Below, one piece after another: positions 58,561 to 64,000 of a stretch of 64,000 nucleotides of DNA. This stretch comes from Lacrimispora sp. GTDB taxonomy: Bacteria; Bacillota; Clostridia; Lachnospirales; Lachnospiraceae. Position 1 is the first letter of the stretch, and each line of letters begins with the position of its first letter. The stretch covers positions 3,139-67,138 of the forward strand of contig JAQSYE010000001.1 of assembly GCA_029256305.1 (NCBI GenBank). The letters run 5' to 3'. Both the position numbers and the translations under genes were made by a program. A model generated the notes under the pieces. It was not told the origin of the DNA and ran no database searches. It was given only the letters and a program-made list of their open reading frames with translations.

Positions 58561-59109
58561 ATGTCATTAAGTCATAGCATACTGGGGTTTTTATCTTACC
58601 AAAGCATGACCGGATACGATCTGGCCAAGGCATTCAGTTCATCTGTCCGGTTTTTCTGGTACGCCCAGACAAGCCAGATATACTTAGAGCTCAATAAACT
58701 GGAGAAAAAGGAATTCGTAACTTGGGAAATCATTATCCAGACAGAAAAGCCCAGCAAGAAACTTTATTCTATAACACAAAAAGGAAAAGAAGAGTTTTTC
58801 GTCTGGCTGTCCCAGGAGAATGACGAATTTTCCAAGGGCAATAAAAATGCTTTTCTAATGAAAGTATTTTTTTCCGGCTGCAGACCTCCTAAAGAGTGTA
58901 TTACTATGTTGTCTGATTTTATAAACGACTGCAGCCATTATCAAGATGAAATGCAACAAATTCCTGACAGCATTGGCCATTACGGCGGCCTGGTAGATCA
59001 GGAACAAAAGCTTTACTGGCAATTATCCGCAGATTTCGGCTACAGCTATATCCATATGTGTATTGACTGGGCCCGCAGATCCATAAAGAAACTGGAGGAG
59101 CTGACATGA
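58561..59109 (+). CDS. PadR family regulator (AphA-like subfamily)
   Basis: ILGFL...MTGYDL...FW....SQIYLELNKLE...KKLYSITQKG. Confidence 0.92.
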   Translation: MSLSHSILGFLSYQSMTGYDLAKAFSSSVRFFWYAQTSQIYLELNKLEKKEFVTWEIIIQTEKPSKKLYSITQKGKEEFFVWLSQENDEFSKGNKNAFLMKVFFSGCRPPKECITMLSDFINDCSHYQDEMQQIPDSIGHYGGLVDQEQKLYWQLSADFGYSYIHMCIDWARRSIKKLEELT

Positions 59110-60719
59110 ATATTCTGATTGTAAACGGAAGCCCAAGAGGCACAAAAAGTAATTCCCTGAAGCTGACAGAAGCATTTGTTCATGGAATGGAAGAAGTATT
59201 ACCGGTTCATACAGAAACCCTGACTATTTCCAAGCTGAACATTAAGCCGTGCATTGGCTGCTTTGGCTGTTGGAAGGACACTCCTGGGAAATGCTGTATC
59301 TCCGATGACATGGCAATGGTAATCGAGGGAATTTTATCCGCAGATGTGGTTCTATACAGTTTTCCTCTATATTATTTCGGTCTGCCCTCACAGTTAAAAG
59401 CACTGATAGACAGACAGCTTCCCTTGTCTTTGCCTTTCATGGACAAGGGAGCCGAAAGCGGTTCCCATCCTTCCCGGTATGACCTGTCAGATAAGCGTTA
59501 TGTACTGATCTCAACCTGCGGTTTCTATACGGCAGAAGGGAATTATGATGCTGTTGACGCACAGTTTTCCCATCACCTGAAGAACAGGTATGAAGCCATA
59601 TACTGTGGGCAGGGTGAGCTTTTTAGCGTTCCGGAATTGAGTAACCGCACGGAGGAATATTTAATGACAGTCCGTGCAGCTGGCAGAGAGTTTGCAGCTG
59701 GCAGAATTACCGATGATACCAGAGCGCTTCTCACCCAGCATCTTTTTCCAAGGGATATATTTGAACGTATGGCAGATGCCAGCTGGGGAATTGAACCACC
59801 CGACCAGGCGGGAGTGCAGGACAAATCTCACCCTGCCATTACATTCACCAGACAGATGGCCGCACTCTACCAGAAGGGTTCCTGGAAAGGAAACGATCTT
59901 GTCCTGGAAATGCATTATACCGACGAAGATAAAACCGTCCAGCTGATTATGGGGAAAGATGGCTGTAACGTTTTAACCCAGGATTTTCAGCCTTTTACTA
60001 CCAGAATCACAACGCCTTTTTCTGTATGGATGAGTATTGCAAAGGGAGAAGTCGACGGTCAGACGGCACTGATGAAACATCTTTATAAGGTAGAAGGTGA
60101 CTTTCAACTGCTAATCCACTGGGATGATTATTTTGGAATCTCATCAAAGCAGACCATTCCCCAGGCTGTATCAAAAAAGAAAAGTAACATGACCCTTATG
60201 CTCCTCCCCTGGTTTCCATTATGGTTTGCAGGTATTAATCATCCTGTTTATGGAGGAATCCTTTCGGTTTTAATTAGCGCTGTCATACCGTTTTTCTATT
60301 TCCGTTATCAGCCTACCATATTTGACGTGTGCTCTGGATTCACAGCAGCAAGTCTTGGAATACTTGCCACAACAGGGGTTCCGCCCCTATATCTGATTCC
60401 CGTATCATATTTCCTGTTCGGGCTGATGTGGTCTGTTACCGTATTTTTGAAAATTCCATTAACCGCTTACTATTCCATGTATGGATATGGGGGTGAGGCC
60501 GCATTAAAGAATCCTCTATTTATAAAAACCAACCGGATTCTGACAGCCTGCTGGGGAATTCTATATTTGGTCACTCCTGTGTGGACCAGCCATTTTATCA
60601 GTATAAACTTGAATGGGCCCTTTGTTATTATTAATACAATTATTCCACTTCTTCTCGGTTTCTTTACCAAGTGGTTCCAAAAATGGTATCCCGCCTATTA
60701 TTCCTCTAAATCACATTAA
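59106..60719 (+). CDS. Fusion: iron-sulfur flavoprotein/flavodoxin-like + SCP2-like + multi-pass membrane domain
   Basis: NGSPRGTKSNS, CIGCFGCW.....KC...DDM, FPLYYF...LKALIDR; W..IAKGEVDG..ALM...YKVEGD (SCP2-like); about 6 C-terminal TM helices. Confidence 0.8.
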   Translation: MNILIVNGSPRGTKSNSLKLTEAFVHGMEEVLPVHTETLTISKLNIKPCIGCFGCWKDTPGKCCISDDMAMVIEGILSADVVLYSFPLYYFGLPSQLKALIDRQLPLSLPFMDKGAESGSHPSRYDLSDKRYVLISTCGFYTAEGNYDAVDAQFSHHLKNRYEAIYCGQGELFSVPELSNRTEEYLMTVRAAGREFAAGRITDDTRALLTQHLFPRDIFERMADASWGIEPPDQAGVQDKSHPAITFTRQMAALYQKGSWKGNDLVLEMHYTDEDKTVQLIMGKDGCNVLTQDFQPFTTRITTPFSVWMSIAKGEVDGQTALMKHLYKVEGDFQLLIHWDDYFGISSKQTIPQAVSKKKSNMTLMLLPWFPLWFAGINHPVYGGILSVLISAVIPFFYFRYQPTIFDVCSGFTAASLGILATTGVPPLYLIPVSYFLFGLMWSVTVFLKIPLTAYYSMYGYGGEAALKNPLFIKTNRILTACWGILYLVTPVWTSHFISINLNGPFVIINTIIPLLLGFFTKWFQKWYPAYYSSKSH

Positions 60720-60721
60720 AA

Positions 60722-60779
60722 AAGAATGCTGTGTTTAAAATCCGGATCTTAACTCCGCATTTTTAAACACAGCACTCTT
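60722..60779. terminator. Bidirectional terminator
   Basis: TGCTGTGTTTAAAA/TTTTAAACACAGCA inverted repeat between convergent genes. Confidence 0.7.
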
Positions 60780-60788
60780 GATCGCACG

Positions 60789-61220
60789 CTAAATTGATTT
60801 TTTCAGCCGTTCCACATTATTTTCTTCAAATTTTAGCAGCCGCTTCATCAATTCTACAATCTCTTTTTCAGCTTCCCCCTCATACTGACGAATTCGTCTG
60901 ATACAGTCAATAATTCCGCGCACACTGCCAAGTATCAGCATCTCTGCCATGTGGGAAGCGGTTTTATCGACCATGGTCTTCATATCAATGGCTAAGTAAG
61001 TCATGACTTTCTGAATCTGTCCTATCTCTTTTTCCTTGCACCCATTTTTATTTAACAGTTCCTTAGCCACCTCATGAATGGCTGTATATTCCTTCAGCTG
61101 TGCATGAAGTTGCTTTTTAAAATCCTCATTGTCCGTCATTGGTAAAAGTTGGTGTAATGTTTCTACCCCCATTTGGGAATTCTGATAAATGAAATTAAGT
61201 AATTCTGCGTCAGCGCTCAT
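60789..61220 (-). CDS. Conserved hypothetical four-helix (ferritin-like) protein
   Basis: LLNFIYQNSQMG, SHMAEMLILGS, FEENNVERLK; helical pattern seen in spore-formers. Confidence 0.65.
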   Translation of the reverse strand: MSADAELLNFIYQNSQMGVETLHQLLPMTDNEDFKKQLHAQLKEYTAIHEVAKELLNKNGCKEKEIGQIQKVMTYLAIDMKTMVDKTASHMAEMLILGSVRGIIDCIRRIRQYEGEAEKEIVELMKRLLKFEENNVERLKKSI

Positions 61221-61287
61221 ACCTGAACCTCTTTTCTTTTTTATTAGTATGAGACAAAAAAGAAGAATTTATGATAGGAGGAAAACA

Positions 61288-61680
61288 ATGATCCAAAAAC
61301 CGTTATTTTTTACTGACAAGAATCGAAATGTTATACTGGAAGCAATCCTAGGAACACCCAATGCCGCTATTCCAGACAGTCTAAAGCCCTTTGAGGTCCT
61401 GGAGCCCAATACTTCCGATGGGGCAACAGAAAAGCATGCTCCAGTTCTTGAAACAACTGGTCTCCATGTCACCATCAAGGTGGGAAGCGTACTTCATCCC
61501 ATGTCAGCGGAACACAGTATTACCTGTATTATGCTTGAGACAAATGCGGGATGTATGATGAGAATCCATTTAACACCCGACTGTGAACCAATCGCCCACT
61601 TCACCTTAGAGGAGGGAGATTCTCCGAAAGCAGCCTATGCGTTATGCAATCTTCACGGTTTCTGGAAGACAGAGGCGTAA
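61288..61680 (+). CDS. Superoxide reductase (desulfoferrodoxin family) lacking N-terminal Cys4 centre
   Basis: EKHAP, HPM..EHSI, CNLHGFW ligands; ATG 61288 after AGGAGG. Confidence 0.85.
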   Translation: MIQKPLFFTDKNRNVILEAILGTPNAAIPDSLKPFEVLEPNTSDGATEKHAPVLETTGLHVTIKVGSVLHPMSAEHSITCIMLETNAGCMMRIHLTPDCEPIAHFTLEEGDSPKAAYALCNLHGFWKTEA

Positions 61681-61762
61681 ATAAGATAACCATGCAAAGG
61701 AGCTTATACGACTCTCTTGTCCTGCAGTCGATCCGTCTATTTAAAAGAAAAATCAGATTGAA

Positions 61763-63739
61763 TCAGACTTCTTCCTGGTCTGATTCGATCTGCTCTCCTT
61801 CGTTATTTACCCGAAAATGGGACACCTCCATCTGAAGAACCTGTGCTTGACCTGCCAGCCGTTCACTGGAACCAGAGCTTTCCCTTGCAGTCTCCATATT
61901 GGACTGAACAACTTCCGACACGGTTAAAAGGCTCTGGCTGATCTGTTCCATTACCTGTACCTGATCCATCGAGGAGGTTTCTATCTCCCTGATTACCTCT
62001 TCTGTCATTCCTGCCTGTCCTGCAATTTCCTTTAAGATCCGGTCGGTATTTTCAGCCAGATGTCTGCCCTTTGAAACTGCATTTACCGATTGTTCCACCA
62101 GCCCCTTGGTTTCCTTTGCCGCATCTGCGGATTTCGCAGCCAGATTACGCACCTCTTCTGCAACGACTCCAAACCCTTTTCCCGCTGCCCCTGCCCGTCC
62201 GGCTTCCACTGCAGCATTTAAGGCCAGTATATTGGTCTGGAACGCGATATCTTCTATCAGCTTTGTAATTCCGGTGATTTTTCTGGAAGTCAGATCCACC
62301 TCTTCCATCGCCTGATTTAGGCTGCGCATATGTAAATTACCTTCATCCACTTTTTTTCCGGATTCCATTACATAAGTGGACGCCTTCTTTACATACTCCG
62401 CATTTCTAACCGACTGCCGGAAAACACCGTCCATGGCACTCTGCAGTTCTTCTATGGCACCAGCCTGCTCAGCAGATCGTTTTGCAAGTTCCTGTGCTCC
62501 ATCCCAAACCTGACCAGACCCTTCCGTCACCTCGTCTGCCGACGCCTTGATGCGAAGCATTGTCTCTCTCAGACGAAAAGCGATTGTCTCCATAGAAGTC
62601 CTTATTCCATTAAATTCTCCGGGATACTCACAGTTGCTTTCTGCCTGTAAATTACCGCAGGATATTTCGTATAAAAACCGGGATATATCCGAGATAATGT
62701 CTTTGTATTTCCCTGCCATTTCATTGACCTTCTGTACGATCTGACCAATTTCGTCATTTCGCCGTACAGATAATTCCAGGTTTAAGTCTCCCCCTGACAA
62801 CCGTTCAATCGCCTCCGCCGCCTGACCGATGGGCTTTGTAATTCTGCCCGCAATGTGAAGCATCGCCAACCCTGCAAGTATCATTGAAACAATTCCAAGA
62901 AACAGAGAACCCAGCACGGAAACCATAACCCCTGACATAAACTCATCTTCCCTAGCCGTCACATTAACAGACCAGCCATTGGTATCCGCTATAGGAGTAT
63001 ACGCACCGATTTTTCTCTCTCCTTTGATCTTGTAAAACCGGAATCCCGCATCACCTTTAATCATGGAACGTTCCAGACTGGCCGCCTCCCCATATGCCTT
63101 AGGGTCCGTTTTTGCGTCTTCGATATCATTTTGACCCGCTAAAACAAGGGGAAAATCTTCATGTGCCATCTTTCTGCCTTCCCGGTTGATCATATAAGTA
63201 CTCCCGGTATCACCCAGCTTGGTATTCTTTATAATTTCTTCAAATACAGAGTAAGGAAATTCAAGCACAACTACAATGTCTCCATAGGGATAAATGTATT
63301 CATAAGAAACTTTTCCTTCTTTTACAATGGGATCAGATAAGGAGCCTTTTCCTTCTTCAGCTTGCATAAATGCCGGATCCTGAGCATAGGTTTCTCCATT
63401 TACAATAGAAATTCCGTCCTTGGAAAGAATATCAATCTTATCAAGGCCATACTGGGAACTTGACATATTTAAAAACAGACCTATATTTCCTCCCCGTGCT
63501 GCATTCCCTTTCTGATAAAGCGCAATTGATTCCGCAATGACCGAATACTCTTTTAACTGCTGGGTAATCTTTTCCGACACCAGCTCTGAGGTCTCTTTCA
63601 GACACTTATTTAAGGTTCTGCGGTTTAAATCATAAGAAAGATATACAGAACCTGTGGATAAAATTAATACAATACAGATAATACATCCCATGGTAAACAA
63701 GATCAGTTCCCTTTTTATTCCTGTACGATGTCTTTTCAT
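61763..63739 (-). CDS. Methyl-accepting chemotaxis protein (Cache + HAMP + MA)
   Basis: Two TM helices, [37 protein letters not shown]. Confidence 0.95.
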   Translation of the reverse strand: MKRHRTGIKRELILFTMGCIICIVLILSTGSVYLSYDLNRRTLNKCLKETSELVSEKITQQLKEYSVIAESIALYQKGNAARGGNIGLFLNMSSSQYGLDKIDILSKDGISIVNGETYAQDPAFMQAEEGKGSLSDPIVKEGKVSYEYIYPYGDIVVVLEFPYSVFEEIIKNTKLGDTGSTYMINREGRKMAHEDFPLVLAGQNDIEDAKTDPKAYGEAASLERSMIKGDAGFRFYKIKGERKIGAYTPIADTNGWSVNVTAREDEFMSGVMVSVLGSLFLGIVSMILAGLAMLHIAGRITKPIGQAAEAIERLSGGDLNLELSVRRNDEIGQIVQKVNEMAGKYKDIISDISRFLYEISCGNLQAESNCEYPGEFNGIRTSMETIAFRLRETMLRIKASADEVTEGSGQVWDGAQELAKRSAEQAGAIEELQSAMDGVFRQSVRNAEYVKKASTYVMESGKKVDEGNLHMRSLNQAMEEVDLTSRKITGITKLIEDIAFQTNILALNAAVEAGRAGAAGKGFGVVAEEVRNLAAKSADAAKETKGLVEQSVNAVSKGRHLAENTDRILKEIAGQAGMTEEVIREIETSSMDQVQVMEQISQSLLTVSEVVQSNMETARESSGSSERLAGQAQVLQMEVSHFRVNNEGEQIESDQEEV

Positions 63740-63928
63740 TCCTGATGTCCTCCGATATAAACGTGTTGTTCTATTCCATTATGGAAAGAGACACGACCAT
63801 TATAGCGGATAATATTCAGATTAGTATAGGTATTTTACCTATATTTTACAATTTTTACCAAATGCTTACACAATTAAGGCCGGACAACTGCAATTCAATT
63901 CCAGAAGCCAGAAAATCCATGGGTTTAA

Positions 63929-64000
63929 CTATTCCGCCGCAACATCTCTGTTACTCAGCCAAATGATAGCTGCTGCTGTTGAAACCACCAGATAAGACAG
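63929..64000 (-). CDS. Partial 3' end of a membrane protein (ABC-2 permease-like C-terminus)
   Basis: Open frame from window edge LSYLVVSTAAAIIWLSNRDVAAE-TAG. Confidence 0.45.
   Translation of the reverse strand: MSYLVVSTAAAIIWLSNRDVAAE

Noticed and set aside
63745-63928. c-di-GMP riboswitch or sigma-28 promoter upstream of the MCP; 73-aa + strand ORF
   Set aside because: No GEMM core motifs, only a poor CCGCTATA match, and the ORF has no support

Overview
Chromosomal window from a low-GC anaerobic Firmicute; gene content and order suggest Lachnospiraceae (Lacrimispora/Clostridium saccharolyticum-like), which is an inference. From left to right it contains: (1) 1-14102 (-): a GRM1-type glycyl-radical bacterial microcompartment for choline-to-TMA conversion (cutC/cutD, Fe-ADH, EutJ/EutP/EutQ/EutT-like genes, six shell genes, two DMT transporters, and a deletion-broken second aldehyde dehydrogenase). 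It runs off the left edge and is headed by a MerR regulator with two matching 20-bp-spacer MerR-type promoters. (2) Thioredoxin, a YhgE/Pip membrane protein and several single genes. (3) 20810-31014: a GH31 alpha-xylosidase/GH3/ABC oligosaccharide locus with a divergent YesM/YesN-type two-component system whose kinase probably starts at ATT. (4) 31020-34700: an AT-rich accessory patch next to tRNA-Gly(GCC). (5) A TetR plus nucleoside-type (BMP) ABC transporter. (6) 41460-56200: a roughly 15-kb catabolic region with three GntR regulators that combines a lone hydantoinase/oxoprolinase-A, a HEXXH protein, an ion-transporter-family permease, an M28 hydrolase and a cyclase-family hydrolase with L-gulonate/diketogulonate-type redox enzymes and an aldolase; this is the best candidate for an undescribed pathway. 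(7) An aldehyde dehydrogenase, tRNA-Gly(TCC) and tRNA-Phe, a PadR-controlled Fe-S flavoprotein-SCP2-membrane fusion, a superoxide reductase lacking its N-terminal Cys4 centre, and an MCP. No CRISPR array, integrase or transposase gene was seen. All calls come from motif recognition without database searches.
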